From positions 182,590,001 through 182,654,000 of the forward strand of contig OX597814.1 in NCBI GenBank assembly GCA_951406725.2: a DNA stretch of 64,000 nucleotides. Direction: 5' to 3'. Source of the stretch: Octopus vulgaris (lineage: Eukaryota). The notes below the pieces were generated by a model, which saw nothing but the letters and a program-made list of their open reading frames with translations, made no database searches and was not told the origin of the DNA. Position 1 is the first letter of the stretch. The number at the start of each line of letters is the position of its first letter. The position numbers were made by a program, and so were the translations under genes. Positions 24,885 through 39,427 of the stretch are shown here, piece after piece.

Positions 24885-25267
24885 GGTGTAGGAGTGGCTG
24901 TGTGGTAAATAGCTTGCTTACCAACCACATGGTTCCGGGTTCAGTCCCACTGTGTGGAACCTTGGGCAAGTGTCTTCTACTATAGCCTGGGGCTGACCAA
25001 AGCCTTGTGAGTGGATTTGGTAGACGGAAACTGAAAGAAGCCCATCGTATATATGTATGTATATATGTTTGTGTGTGTGTGTTTGTCCCCCCAACATCGT
25101 TTGACAACCGATGCTGGTGTGTTTACGTCCCCGTAACTTAGCAGTTCGGCAAAAGAGACCGATAGAATAAGTACTAGGCTTACAAAGAATAAGTCCCGGG
25201 GTTGATTTGCTCGACTAAAGGCGGTGCTCCAGCATGGCCACAGTCAAATGACTGAAATGAGTAAAAG
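24885..25267 (+). mobile_element. SINE family A
   Basis: Full-length match to the family. Confidence 0.9.
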
Positions 25268-25507
25268 ATTATTATTACAAGAAAAGAAAGAAATATGCCA
25301 TGTGAAGTTTTTTCTATTAAGCTGATGAATTCTTTACACATTCTGTATGGATAGGTTTGCTGATATAGTTTGTGCAACCACAATTGTTGTAATTTTCAAT
25401 TTTCCATCCACATTTATTGTATATTTTCTTATTAATAAAATTTTTTTCTCGTATAACTTACTTTATATATATATTTGTTTTATCCCATTCAATATATATT
25501 TTAATAG

Positions 25508-25774
<267 letters not shown>

Positions 25775-26057
25775 TAATTTTCTCAGGGAAAAAAAGAACC
25801 TCCAAAAGAGCAAAAATTAAAACAAATTGCTGTATATACTAGCATACAGAAAAGAATTTGAACTTTAAAAAAATCACCCCAAAACTAGGGGCTCGTCTTA
25901 TATGCCCTGTGTAAAATCGACACATAAGTAACGTCACTACAGTAGTATTTACACCAGCTTGGTATGTTTGATGTCTATTATAGTAGGTAATTTACAATAT
26001 CTGGCCACTTTTTGAGAAGAACTGGATAAATTTTATGTAACCAAGACAGCAAAATTG

Positions 26058-26470
26058 GGATCTTTTTGGTTTGAACGGCAGTTTTTTCTAGCGGTGTCAT
26101 ATGAAATTGTCACCCATAATTATGACCCTAGTATCGATCTATTGCATTTCAATCTGTTTTAGGGTTAGGGTGGGGGGGAAGGGTATCTTTTTTCCTTCGC
26201 AAATGTAAATAAACCCAATCTGTTTCTTAAACGAGGGACATATTCATACGGCACAGAATGTTTTTTTTACCTCTATAGACATCAGTGATTGGTTGAAATT
26301 GCAGAAATTGAAGAAAAAAAACAACAAATATCTTACAAACTATAGAATTTTCTCAATAAAGCCAAGAGAAAAAGATGTTTTATAAACACATTCTACCAGT
26401 ATATGAAGTTTAAAATTTTTTAGTTACCTAGAAATTATGTTAAAAACTGCTGTTCAAACCGAAAAGATCC
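26058..26470. mobile_element. MITE family M1
   Basis: TIRs with a perfect 8-bp TSD CAAAATTG. Confidence 0.9.
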
Positions 26471-26899
26471 CAAAATTGTTGTATACAGAGTTTACTGATT
26501 GAAACATAGTTAAGAAGCTATTGAAACACAAGAAAAGCAGAGGCTTCAGGGGCCGCTGGGGCAGCTACAGCTCACCCAACCCCTTTATCTATGAAGGTTG
26601 TACTTTCGGCACTCAAGCTATTTTCTATGAAAACTTGGGGTAGTCTTATACAGCAAGTATAGCTCAAAACCTACTTTTTAATCTGGAATTCCTAGGGATC
26701 ATCTTGTACATCTAATCGTTTTATATGCTGGTATATACAGTATATATTATTAAATTTTGTTCAGATCAATAGCAGAACCCTAGGTGATAAATGAATAAAA
26801 GGAAAGTACAATGAATTATAGTAACAATACCAATAATTATCCTGTATCCACATTAAAACATCTCCTACTAAATAAATATGGCCATGTAGCTCTTATGAA

Positions 26900-27427
26900 T
26901 ACCATAAATCCTCGAGTATAATCCGCATTTTTTCCCCTAAAATTTAAAGGTCAAAATCCCCAGTGCGTACTATATACGAGATTAAAAATGAAAAATATTT
27001 TCTAAGCAATGTCCGAGTCTCTATTTGCTGTCCGGCAAGGTTTATTCAGACGCATTTTGTGATGTCGGGCGCAAAAATACCTTGAGCTAAGCCTGAAAGC
27101 AATGAAGTCATAAAAGAATCATCCATAACTTGCAGTAAGCAACATTTATTAAAATAAAAGTATTCAGAACACAGAATAACATGTAACAAAAACAATTTGC
27201 AAATATATTTACATTCCCATATAACAGTTAAGAACATCGCCATTATTGTATTACGCATGCACGGAAGTGTTTGTTTGACTAGGTGCTGCTGGCTTAATTA
27301 CGCATGATTCAAGTTAGAGAAGGAATGCGTGTTATACACAAGGTTTAGGTTTTTCAGAGGTACAACCCACTAAAAATCCCCTGCGTATTATACTCAAGGG
27401 TGGACTATACTCGAAGATTTTACGGTA
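26900..27427. mobile_element. Tc1/mariner (pogo-like) MITE
   Basis: TA-CC(G/A)TAAATCCTCGAGTATA...TATACTCGA.GATTTTACGG-TA; second copy at 43355. Confidence 0.85.
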
Positions 27428-27839
27428 TTTGTATTTGGTGTTTTACTTGTATTCATCATACTGGATCTACTATCTTCATTGAACTCACATTAAAAGATTA
27501 AACTTGTTGGAAATAAGCTTTATAGCAGTCCTTGCAGTGTCACTGGTGCTAAGCTGTATCAGCCTTTGCCTTTCCCCTTGGATAATATCAGTGGTATGGA
27601 GAGAGGAGGCTGGTATGCATGGGCAACTGCTGGTCTTCCATAAACAACCTTGCTTGGACTTGTGCTTGAAGGAGAACTTTCTAGGTGTAATCCTATGTTC
27701 ATTCATGACCAAAGGGAGTTTTTACCTCCTTTTTTTTTTCCCCACTCTCATTACATGAAAAAAAAAAAGAAACATTTCAACAATAATGATAATGATGTAT
27801 AATTTTGTTAATGAATTTATCTTTTTTTTTTCTCTCTAG

Positions 27840-27962
<123 letters not shown>

Positions 27963-28038
27963 TAAAAAGAGTAATTCATATTGGATTGTTTTATTTTTTC
28001 ATTTTCCATTTATTTGTGATTAAATAGTTGACTAACTA

Positions 28039-28422
28039 GGCGTAGGGGTGATTGTGTGGTAAGTTGCTTGCTTACCAACCACATGGTTCTGGGTTCAGTC
28101 CCACTGCATGGCACCTTGGGCAAGTGTCTTTTACTATAGCCTCAAGCCAACCAAAGCCTTGTGAGTGGATTTGGTAGATGGAAACTGAAAGAAGCCCGTC
28201 ATGTATATGTATATATATGTTTGTGTGTCTGTGTTTGTCCCCCCAAGATCGCTTGACAACCGATGTTGGTGTGTTTACATCCCCCGTAACTTAGCGGTTC
28301 GGCAAAAGAGACCGATAGAATGTACTTGGCTTACAAAGAATAAGTCCTGGGGTTGATTTGCTCAACTAAAAGCAGTGCTCCAGCATGGCCACAGTCAGAT
28401 GACTGAAACAAGTAAAAGAGTA
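28039..28422 (+). mobile_element. SINE family A
   Basis: Full-length match to the family. Confidence 0.9.
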
Positions 28423-28710
28423 ACTATGGCAACAGATTGTTCTGAGTGAAAATGGGGAAACTGCCTGTTCATCAAACCATTTCTATTTCTTTACTTTATA
28501 ATCTCTTGATAGTGAGAATATTGTAATCAGATGTAAAGCAGGCACAGGTGTAGCCATGCAGTTAAGAAGTTTGCCTCCTACCATTTATTCTCAGGTTCTG
28601 TCCTGCTGTGTAGCATCTTGAGCAAGTGTCTTCTACTATAGCCTCAGGCTGATCAAAGTCTTGTGATTCTGGTTGGATTTGGTAGATGGAAAAAAACTGG
28701 AAGGAGCTTA

Positions 28711-28932
28711 TCTGTTTCTTTATTGCCCACAAGGGGCTAAACATAGAGGAGACAAACAAGGACAGACAAATGGATTAAGTCGATTACATCGACCCCAGTG
28801 CGTAACTGGTACTTAATTTATCAACCCCGAAAGGATGAAAGGCAAAGTCAACCTCAGCATAATTGGAACTCAGAAAATGAAATACGGCTATGCATTTCGC
28901 CTGGCGTGCTAACGGTTCTGCCAGCTTGCCAC
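28711..28932 (-). mobile_element. SINE family B
   Basis: Reverse complement of the family B body and tail. Confidence 0.8.
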
Positions 28933-30136
28933 TCTCGACTGGAAGAAGCTTATCATGTGTGTTTGTGTGTACCCTTGTCTTGACATCAAATGACTGTTGC
29001 AAACAAGCACCACTTTCATATGGGCTAGGTTGTTCTTTTGTAGTCTTCCATGAAAAACCAATCTGTTGAGAAACTTACTCAACGCAGTGTAAAGTGTTGT
29101 GTATACACATAAACTTGATTATAGTGTTAAATTTTTCTGTCAGAAAATATATTGAAGTCTTTACAAATTCTCAACTATTACAAGCAGTTTTGAAATAACT
29201 GTTACAAAATAAATAAATAATATATAAAATGCAATAATTCTGACTTATCTAATATCTACTTTCATATCAATAATATGAAAGCTTAAAATATGAAGATAAT
29301 GAGGATGATTAAGAAACCTTTATAGTGTGCAGTTACTGTTTTCTTTAAGAGTATCATCATTATCGTTTAACGTCCACTTTCCATGCTAGCATGGGTTGGA
29401 CGATTTGACTGAGGGCTGGTGAACCAGGCTCCAATCTTGATCTGGCAGAGTTTCTACAGCTGGATGCCCTTCCTAACACCAACCACTCCAAGAGTTTAGT
29501 GGGTGCATTTTACATGCCACCGGCATGCGGTACTGGCAATGACCTCGCTTGAATCTTTTTACACATGGCACAGGTGCCAGTAAGGCGACACTGGTAACGA
29601 TCACGCTCAAGGGCAGCATATTTGCAATTATAGCACCTAGTTTTTTCTTCCACATTCTGACAAAAATTTTGTTTTCAATTCATCCAGGTTCACTAAAATA
29701 CCCACCAAGCATGCTCAACCTCACTCTATAAAAATTGCCTTTGTACAAATGTGAGAAATTTTGAATGTCAGATTCAGTAGAGCAATAAACAAAATGCCTT
29801 GTAGAATTTAGTTATATTCTGAGTTCAAATCCATCAGGGAATGTTTTTTCATTGTTGCAAAGTTTGATAAATTAAATCACCAGTCAAGTACCGGTGTCAG
29901 TTTGATTGACTCAACTCTCACCCAACAAAATGTGTAAGCCTTGTGCCAGTAATAATAATTGCAGTGTGATATAGAACATGAAAAGTAACATAAAAACATA
30001 CCAAGGCCTCAACTTCACACACAGTCCAAAAATAACTCTACTTGCTCAGTAGATATTCTGCACAAGATAACTTCAGTTCATTAGTACAGTATATCTTGGT
30101 TAGTCATTGTGTTTGTGCATATATATATATTATTAT

Positions 30137-30881
30137 ATCATCATCATCGTTTAACATTCGCTTTCCATGCTGGCAGGGGTTGGACGGTTTGACTGAGGTC
30201 TGGCGAGCCAGAAGGCTGCACCAGGCTCCAATCCGATCTGGCAATGTTTCTACAGCTGGATGCCCTTCCTAACACCAACTCATGCTGGTACCGCATAAAA
30301 AGCACTCAGGCCAGTGCCACTTCAAAGGCACTCATGCCAGTGCCATGTGAACTGTTGCTGGCACCATGTTGAAGCATCCATGTTGATGCCACATAAAAAG
30401 CACCCAACACATTCTGTAAAGTGGTTGGCATTAAGAAGGGCATCCAACCATACAAACCATGACAAAACTGTCCAAGCCATGCCAGCATGGAAAACAGACA
30501 TTTAATGGTAATGTGCCGGTGTCACATAAAAAGCACCATCCAATCGTGGCCATTGCTAGCCCCGTCTGGCCTCCGTGCCGGTGGCACGTAAAAAGCACCA
30601 TCCGATCGTGGTCGTTGCCAGCCCCGTCTGGCCTCTGTGCCGGTGGCACGTAAAAAGCACCATCCGATCATGGCCGTTGCCAGCCTCGTCTGGCACCTGT
30701 GCCAGTGGCACGTAAAAAGTACCTACTACACTCACGGAGTGGTTGGCGTTAGGAAGGGCATCCAGCTGTAGAAACGCTACCAGATCAGACTGGGCCTGGT
30801 GCAGCCTTCTGGCTTCCCAGACCCCATTTGAACCGTCCGACCCATGCTAGCATGGAAAATGGACGTTAAACGATGATGATG
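30137..30881. mobile_element. Cluster of three RTE 3' tails (one minus, two plus)
   Basis: (ATC)n at 30137, (GAT)n at 30872-30880, and five tandem units of about 50-60 bp at 30515-30720. Confidence 0.85.
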
Positions 30882-30882
30882 A

Positions 30883-31242
<360 letters not shown>

Positions 31243-31371
31243 TGAGCTTTTATTGCATATCTAACTAAAAATATTCTTTGCAAATTATCATAAAATTGCA
31301 ATTACCAAAATGTTAAATTTATGTACATTATTTACATTTGACAGATATTTGTCCTCATCTTGTTTGTTGTT

Positions 31372-31417
31372 AACACAATGTTTCGGCTGGTATACCCTCC
31401 AGTCTTCATCAGATGTC
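31372..31417 (-). ncRNA. Minimal type-I hammerhead ribozyme motif (left arm)
   Basis: GACAT CTGATGA A GACTGG-AGGGTATA-CCAGCC GAAA CA TT GTGTT. Confidence 0.7.
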
Positions 31418-31648
31418 TTAGGGAAATTTCAAACCTGGGTTCTCATTCCTAGGGTATTTTTTTGATGTTATTATTATATGTCCATGGGCATATGGTGTAG
31501 TGGTTAAGAGTGTGGGCTACTAACCCCAAGATTCTGAGTTCAATTCCAGGCAGTGACCTGAATAATAATAATAATAAATAATAATAATAATAATAATAAT
31601 ATCAAAAAATACCTTAGGAATGAGAACCCAGGTTCGAAATTTCCCCAA

Positions 31649-31694
31649 GACACCTGATGAAGGCTGGAGGGTATATCAACCGAAACTTTGTGTT
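31649..31694 (+). ncRNA. Minimal type-I hammerhead ribozyme motif (right arm)
   Basis: GACAC CTGATGA A GGCTG-GAGGGTATAT-CAACC GAAA CT TT GTGTT. Confidence 0.7.
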
Positions 31695-31781
31695 AACAAC
31701 AAACAAGATGAAGACAAATATCCATCAAATGTAAATAATGTACATAATTCCTCATCTCTTAAATATAGAACTGTATGTTAA

Positions 31782-32054
<273 letters not shown>

Positions 32055-32385
32055 AGACAAGGGATTTCACTGATGGTTAACTCTTCACTGTTTCTCATTT
32101 TCTTTCCCTTTATCTTCATATTTAAAAATTCAAGACATTGTAAAAGAAAAATGCTAAAATAAAAAAAGTTCTTTTCACTTGTATAAAAAAAAAAAATTAA
32201 ACCTCCAAGTAGTATTTGCTCTAAAAATAGTTGAACTGAATTGTTAATATTGAGCAATGCAAATGTTCATTAAATTGAGGTAAATATGCCAAACCCCATT
32301 TCACATTGTTGTTCTCTTTTTTTACATTTCAAAAATCTTTTTGTCTCTTTCTTTATCTCTCATAGAAATGTTTACCGTGAAACAA

Positions 32386-32803
32386 GGCGGCGAGCTGGCA
32401 GAAACGTTAGCTTGCTGGGCGAGATGCTTAGCGGTATTTCGTCTGTCTTTACGTTCTGGGTTCAAATTCCACCAAGGTCGACTTTGCCTTTCATCCTTTC
32501 GGGGTCGATAAATTAAGTACCAGTTACGCACTGGGATCGATATAATCGACTTAATCCATTTGTCTGTCCTTGTTTGTTCCCTCAGTGTTTAGCCCCTTGT
32601 GGGTAGTAAAGAAATAGGTATTTTGTCTGCCTTTACATTCTGAGTTCAAATTCTACCGAGGTCGACTTTGCCTTTCATCCTTTCAGGGTCGATAAATTAA
32701 GTACCAGTAACGCACTGGGGTCGATGTAATCGACTTAATCCCTTTGTCTGTCCTTATTTGCCCCCTCTATGTTTAGCCCCTTGTGGGCAATAAAGAAATA
32801 AGA
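32386..32803 (+). mobile_element. SINE family B, partially dimeric
   Basis: The body repeats from about 32618; TSD AGAAATGTTTAC(C/A)GTGAAACA. Confidence 0.9.
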
Positions 32804-34269
32804 AATGTTTACAGTGAAACATATATACTAGCTGAGCTATTCAAAAGTTCATATCTAGAAACTAAGACATCATATTTTATTCATGGTTTCTTTCTTTTGT
32901 TCTTATGTTCAATTTTTCCACACTGGCACAAAGTGGACAATAATTATTGAAACAATTGTCTATGAATGGATGCTCTTCATGTCAGAATCCTTGTTCTACA
33001 ATTGCCTCTATTCCACTGGTTTTCACATGTTGAAACTACCAAGCAATGGGAGCATATTGCTTACAGAAGATGTAAACAGACGTCATAATTTTTGCTTCAA
33101 AAGTGTTATGATGACATGGATACAAATGTGCATCTGCACACACACACAATGGGTTTCCATACAATTTTTGTCCATATTTCACTCAAAAGGCATTGGTCAA
33201 CCCAAGGCTGTTGTAGAAGACACTTGCTCTTGGTGTCACACACTGAACTCAAAACAAAATTTTGCACCCACACAGCCCATACCTATGTCTGTAATTATCA
33301 TCATCCTTTTACATCCACTTCTATGCTGGCATACTGCTGCTTTCCTGGATGGGTCAAAGAACCATATTTGGTTGTAAGTTTTTTTTTGGGTGGAGGATGT
33401 CCTTTACAACCTATCCACAGGGTGAATTTGGTGCATTATATCATGGCACCAGCACTAAAGAGGATAGGGGTGAAAAAGTGATTTATAGCAAGAAGCCTGT
33501 TCTGTCCTGGCCCTGTTTCTCTCTTTTAACTCCTCAGTCCATAGCATAACACAATTGTAGCTCCACTCAATTGAAAAGGATTGTAGTCTTGCAGGCTACA
33601 CAACAACTTCACTATTGCTGGTTCAATGAAAAGAAAGCACTGAACACACACAATATAAAGTGGTTGGCATTAGGAAGGGCATCCAGCCATAGAAAGCATA
33701 CAAAAGCAGATATATCGGGCCCCTCAGATTCTATTAAATTGTCCAACCCATGCCAGCATAGAACCTGGATGTTAAAATGATAAAGAGATGGCTTTCTTAA
33801 CATTAGCCAGAAATATGATTGACAAATAGCTGGCTTCCTAGTTAAATTAATTTATAAGTACACTTGTTTGCTAATAAGAGTAGAGTAAAACCAATAAATT
33901 GGTGCTAGCTTACTGCTGGTAATTATTTTATCAACTCTTGCAAGAATTAAATACAAAGTTAACGCTAAAACCATTTGATCCCTCAAACAGGAGACACCAA
34001 ACTAGATGTAAAAAATTTTCTCTAGTGATCTGTTCTATTTAGATTTATAATAAAGATTTCCTATATGAGAATTTTAAATGAGAAATGTTAAACTGAAATA
34101 TACATACCTTTCCTAAGGCTTTAAGCAATGTGAAAGAAGTGCACTTGATTTGAGTAATGTAATGAGTTTTTATCTTTTACTTGTTTTGGTCATTGGAGTA
34201 CAACCATGCTAGAAGGTTTTTATTCACACAAATTGATCCCAATACTTATCTAAGATGGTAACAAAATGT

Positions 34270-34663
34270 GGATCTTTTCGGTTTGAATGGCAGTTTTTAA
34301 CATAATTTCTAGGTAGCTAAAAAATGTTAAACTTCGTATACTGGTAGAATGTGTTATAAAACATCTTTTTCTCTTGAGAAAATTCTATAGTTTGTAAGAT
34401 ATTTGTTGTTTTTTTCTTCAATTTCTGCAATTTCAACCAACCAAATACGTCTCTTAAGGTAAAAAACATTCTGTGCCGTATGAATATGTCCCTCGTTTAA
34501 GAAACAGATTATTTACATTTGTGAAGAAAAAAAGATACCATTCCCCCCATCCTTAACCCTAAAACAGATTGAAATGCAATAGATCGATACTAGGGTCATA
34601 ATTATGGGTGACAATTTCATATGACACCGCTAGAAAAAACTGCCGTTTAAACCAAAAAGATCC
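34270..34663. mobile_element. MITE family M1
   Basis: TIRs; TSD CAAAA(T/C)GT. Confidence 0.88.
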
Positions 34664-34785
34664 CAAAACGTTTTAATATATTTGCTGATATGACTTGATG
34701 GTGTACAGTCTTGAACCAAGTTCTTAACAAATTTGAGGGAAAAAAGAGAAAATTTATGAATACATAAATATAATTTATTCAAACA

Positions 34786-34894
34786 CTATGAAAATTTTCT
34801 TGAATTAAATACTATATCAGCAGGGCGTTGAGGAGGTGGAGGTCGGCGAAACATACGGTACCACATCCATGCAGTTATAGCACTTAATGTGTAC
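34786..34894 (-). CDS. SURF1: SURF1 exon 9
   Basis: (W)YTLSAITAWMWYRMFRR...KFS*; AATAAA at 34779-34774. Confidence 0.93.
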
Positions 34895-35255
34895 CTGTGG
34901 GCAAAAAAAAAATATTAGTAAACAATTTTTAAATGCAAACACTTAACATGTATTAAAATTATATCATCATCATTCTCATTTTATTTCATTTTTGTATGAT
35001 AATATTCAGGAGGCTGTTGTCTTTAGGATTACATTCTCAGAAATAACTATAAACCCCTATGTGTTTTGTTTTGCTTTCCTTTTGATCTCCAATACTTTTC
35101 AATATCTAAGATATTGCATCAGAAGTTGCTTTTAGGAGATACTCCATCCTAATTTTAATCACTCTCTTAGCCAGCCAGTTATTAGAGTGTCTGCAGAGCT
35201 ACTACAACTAGTTTAAATATATATGTGTGTGTGCGTGTGTGTATTTCAGTTGTGT

Positions 35256-35792
35256 TGGGACACAAAACTCAACTTGTGAAGACCTGTTGAGGCAAGTGAG
35301 GATCAGAATCGAAATCGATCAATGGAAATTGCAGATGTGTTACCAGTGCCGGTGGCATGTCGATACTCTACTTGTGAAGACTCGTTGAGGCAAGTGAGGA
35401 TCAGAAATGGAAATCGATCAATGGAAATTGCAGATGTGTTACCAGTGCCGGTGGCATGTAAGAGAACCTTCCGTTTCGCGACCGTTGCCAGCACCGCCCC
35501 GTTTCGTGTCCGTTGCCAGCCTCGCCTGGCCCTTGTGCCGGTGGCACATAAAAAGCACCATCCGTTCGTGGCCGTTTGCCAGCAGCTCTGTCTGGCACCT
35601 GTGCGGGTGGCACGTAAAAAGCACCCACTACACTCACGGAGTGGTTGGCGTTAGGAAGGGCATCCAGCCGTAGAAACACTGCCAGATTTGACTGGGCCTG
35701 ATGAAGCCTGCTGGCTTCACAGACCCCAGTAGAACCGTCCAACCCATGCTAGAATGGAAAACGGACGCTAAACGATGATGATGATGATGATG
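35256..35792 (+). mobile_element. RTE 3' UTR/tail with an internal duplication of about 100 bp
   Basis: Matches 61810-62278; (GAT)n tail. Confidence 0.88.
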
Positions 35793-36289
35793 AGCAAAAC
35801 GCCCCCCCCCCGTCCAAAAATCCGGTGCGCTGAGTTGTCAAACATTTAAACCAAATTTTCTCTAAACAACTTGTCCAACTGTCACATAGGTCTCCCCTTT
35901 GAGAAACGCTGATTTAACCTAAATTTGAGACACCATGCATTTTTCTTGCATATGTGTAGTATCGATTGCAACAGCTGATGTACTTGCGCGAACAAATGCA
36001 CGTTCCCACGGCTTTATTGATCCCATTCTCACCTGGAATCGATTTTTGTAATTTTTTTCAAGACTTATACATGCCCTGATACCATCAGCATCTACATATC
36101 AAATTTGAGCGCAATCGGATGGAGGATGTCTGAGATCCTAGAAGATACACACAGACAGACAGAACAACTTAAATATAATAGATAATCCCAAGTCAGAAAA
36201 CCTTATTTTTTTCAGCAGATCATTATTGCTATGTAAGAAATCATAAAGCATCACAGTTTGCACACAAGCATTTTGTTTTTCTCTCTGAC

Positions 36290-37045
36290 AGAAAGGTTTT
36301 GTTATCAACAGAAGTATTAGCTCCCTGAACTTTCTCCAGTTCCTTGTTATTCAAGCAATTATACTTTTAGGGCATCTCCCACTGCTAATTAGATTACCTA
36401 GGTAATGAAAGCTATTAACGATTCATAGGGGACCTTCCAGGAATTTGAAAGAATCTATTTCCTGTATGCACTTAATGTTTATTGTCCCTGTGCATCTGCC
36501 ACACTTTCTAGCTGGGATCCAACTGTACCAGCAGTTTGGTATCTGTATAGAATTACCCCTGACTCCTTTTCTCCATATCAAGCAAGGCCATTTCCTTGAA
36601 GGTAGAAGGGTCCTTTCTACTTACTAATACCCTACACTTTGCTAAGTTTACTTTGAGGCTTCTCAATTCTAGGTCTTGTTTCCACATAGAGAATTTCTCT
36701 AATTCTACTACAGATATAAGTGTAAGACCTAGGTCATTAGCATATAGGATTTTCCACAAACGGTTGGTTTCAAAAGCTTCTGTTATGGCTTGGAGGACCA
36801 TGACAAATAGAAAGTGACTAAGAACTTAGCCCTTGTGGATCCTTACCTGTTCAGTAAATTTGTTACTTTACTTATAGCTGACCACTCTTCTGTATATAGC
36901 TTGTACAGCCCTCAAAAGCTACTCATCATTCCTCAAGCTTCAGCAGCAATCATCAAGGCCTTCCTCAGATAAAGTGAATTATTCCAAGCTAATTCTCATT
37001 ATAATCAATCAAATTATAATCTGCTCCAATAGTTTGATGCCCCTA
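36290..37045 (-). pseudogene. Degraded RTE reverse transcriptase fragment
   Basis: LQAITEAFETNRLWKILYANDL...WKQDLELRSLKVNLAK, similar to the 4352 ORF, with frameshifts. Confidence 0.75.
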
Positions 37046-37496
37046 GGGTTTACTCTCTCTCTCTAGTACAAATGAATGGGTGTAACAACAAGTAGGTAAA
37101 AGATAACTCCTGAACATTGTGAAAAAACAAAAGCTCATCTATTATAGTCATATTTGAACAAGCAATTCTGGAAAACATTACCAAGGAAAGAAGAGTAGAG
37201 GGAAAGAGGCATGCAATGGATGGACAATATCATAAGCTGGTTGGACAAGAGTGGCAATGCAGCTAGGGGACTTGTGCTTAATCCGGAAGACTTCTGTTTA
37301 TAGTGCCATCAATGCACTGCAAGCATACAATATATGATGATGACAACAAGCCTTTCATACAGCCATCTTCATAACAACACAACCAGTGTTGTAAATTTCT
37401 AAACTTAATACCACAAACACACTAACTTGACATTAGATTTCCTTCTTTTTGTAATATAAACTATTCGAAAAATAACAAATTTACTGTCCCATATGT

Positions 37497-37714
37497 TTAA
37501 CCCTTTCATTACTGTATTTATTTTGAGATGCTCTGTGTTTCTTTCAATTACTTTAAATATAACAAAGAATTTAGTAAAATAACGTAGTTATCATTGAGCC
37601 AGTGTTAGGAACATAAATTGTGACTAAGGTTTGGTGGAAGATTTTAATTCAAAACTTATGAAAACAAGACATTTGTACTCAGAGCCACAGCCGGGTTGGT
37701 AACGAAAGGGTTAA
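37497..37714. mobile_element. piggyBac-like MITE P1
   Basis: TTAA-flanked CCCTTT...AAAGGG. Confidence 0.85.
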
Positions 37715-37750
37715 AGGAAATTGATCATGTCAATACTCAAATTCACTCAC

Positions 37751-37832
37751 CATGTAAATATGTAAGTCAGGTGTTCATTTCTTAGAGTAATTTTTGTTTG
37801 TCCACCCAGTGGGCCACCAGGCACTGTGCTGT
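37751..37832 (-). CDS. SURF1: SURF1 exon 8
   Basis: [27 protein letters not shown]. Confidence 0.96.
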
Positions 37833-39309
37833 CTGTTGGCAAAAATAATAAAAAGGCATATTTCAAATGAAATGGTAATTAATTAAAATGTGTGAATGAA
37901 TGAATAAGAGTATTAATAACAAAAATTTTTACCAACACTGTAATGTAATTACATGAAATAAAATTGGAAAAATGAAAGAAAAAGAAGACATTGTTGCTTT
38001 TGTTTACAGTAATAATCTATAATCTACTGAGTCAACAAATAGCCTGTGTGGTCACTCAACCTATAAGAAATAACAGCCAAAATTACCTCAACCCACACCT
38101 TAGTGTCTTTCATATGGAGAGGACACAAGATTGTTATAGCTTGAAAGCTTCTGATCATAGTTCTGCTGAATCAGGGTTGACCTAGGGTTAAACAATAACA
38201 TGTAATCTACTAATTCATGAGTACTTCCATCTTCAAGAAATACAATGAGAGCAAGACAGCTTGATAATGCTTATCTTTTGATCGCAACTAAATTTGTAAC
38301 CATGAAACCAAAAGTTGTTCACAGGAGGACAAGACATTAATGCCTTTCCAAAGAACACCTGTCATGCAATTGAAATGAAATAGTTCAAAATCATCCTTGT
38401 TGAAACAAAATTTTGACATGAAGTGAATACAGCTAAAAATCCAGTATACCTACCATGTCCTTGTAGTCTAGTCTGACCTAAAACAACATTACATTTTATC
38501 ACATTGCCAGTGGTACATACAAAGTACCCACTACACTCTCAGAGTGGTTGGCATTAGGAAGGGCATCCAGCTGTAGAAACCATGCAAATCAGATTGAAAC
38601 TTGGTGCAGCTTACCAGTTTTCAATCAAACCGTCCAACCCATGCCAGCATGGAAAACAGACGTTAAATGATGATGATGATGACTACCATCTGAAATATGA
38701 TAATCATAACATTTCAGTCTCAAATTCTAGGAAGTGACTTTTTTTGTTTTATGTCTATTTTACCATGCTGGCATAGGTTGTAAGGAGATTTGAGGCAGTA
38801 TAAATATACATATATACGACGGGCTTCTTTCAGTTTCCATCTGCCAAATCCACTCACAAGGATTTGGTCAGCCTGAGGCTATCATAGAAGACACTTGACC
38901 AAGGTGCCACACAGTGAAACTGAACCCAGAACCATGTGGTTGGTAAGCAAGCTACTTACCACACAGCCACTCCTGCGCCTATAGCTACTTAACACACAAC
39001 CACTCCTGCACATATACTAAATCATAATTTACCATTTTTCTTGAGTATCAAAGTTATTTTCTTTTAACCCTTCAGCATCCAGATTACTCTGTCAAATGTA
39101 ATGCTTATTTATTCATTGTTTTCAAGAAATCAAGATTTCAATGATGTGATTGTTTATCTTTAGAATGACATTGTAGGGTAGGTGTGGGAGGTTGGATCTG
39201 ACCAGTTTGAATGCAAAACAGGTAGAATATTTGGGCTGGATATGACCAGTTTAGATGCTAAAAAGCTGAACACTCTTCTGATAATTGTTACCATCATGAA
39301 AATACTTAC

Positions 39310-39427
39310 GAATATCTGCATCAATGAAGACTGGTGAACTTCCGGAAGCCCCTGCCATGGCCTCTACATCACGTAACATCCAGTAACCATGTGTTTTAGG
39401 ATCATTAGTTGGGGTCATCATTCTTGG
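39310..39427 (-). CDS. SURF1: SURF1 exon 7
   Basis: PTNDPKTHGYWMLRDVEAMA...PVFIDAD. Confidence 0.95.

Noticed and set aside
30515-30725. Palindromic repeat plus spacer pattern resembling CRISPR
   Set aside because: The spacers are homologous to each other and the array is part of the RTE 3' UTR found at many loci.
31486-31560. Functional tRNA gene (anticodon ACT)
   Set aside because: The acceptor stem does not pair cleanly and there is no oligo-T terminator; it is better read as a retroposon head.
35692-35730. CTGATGA-AGCC..GGCT as a hammerhead in RTE tails (also near 62190)
   Set aside because: There is no GAAA after the stem, and most copies read CTGGTGCAGCC.
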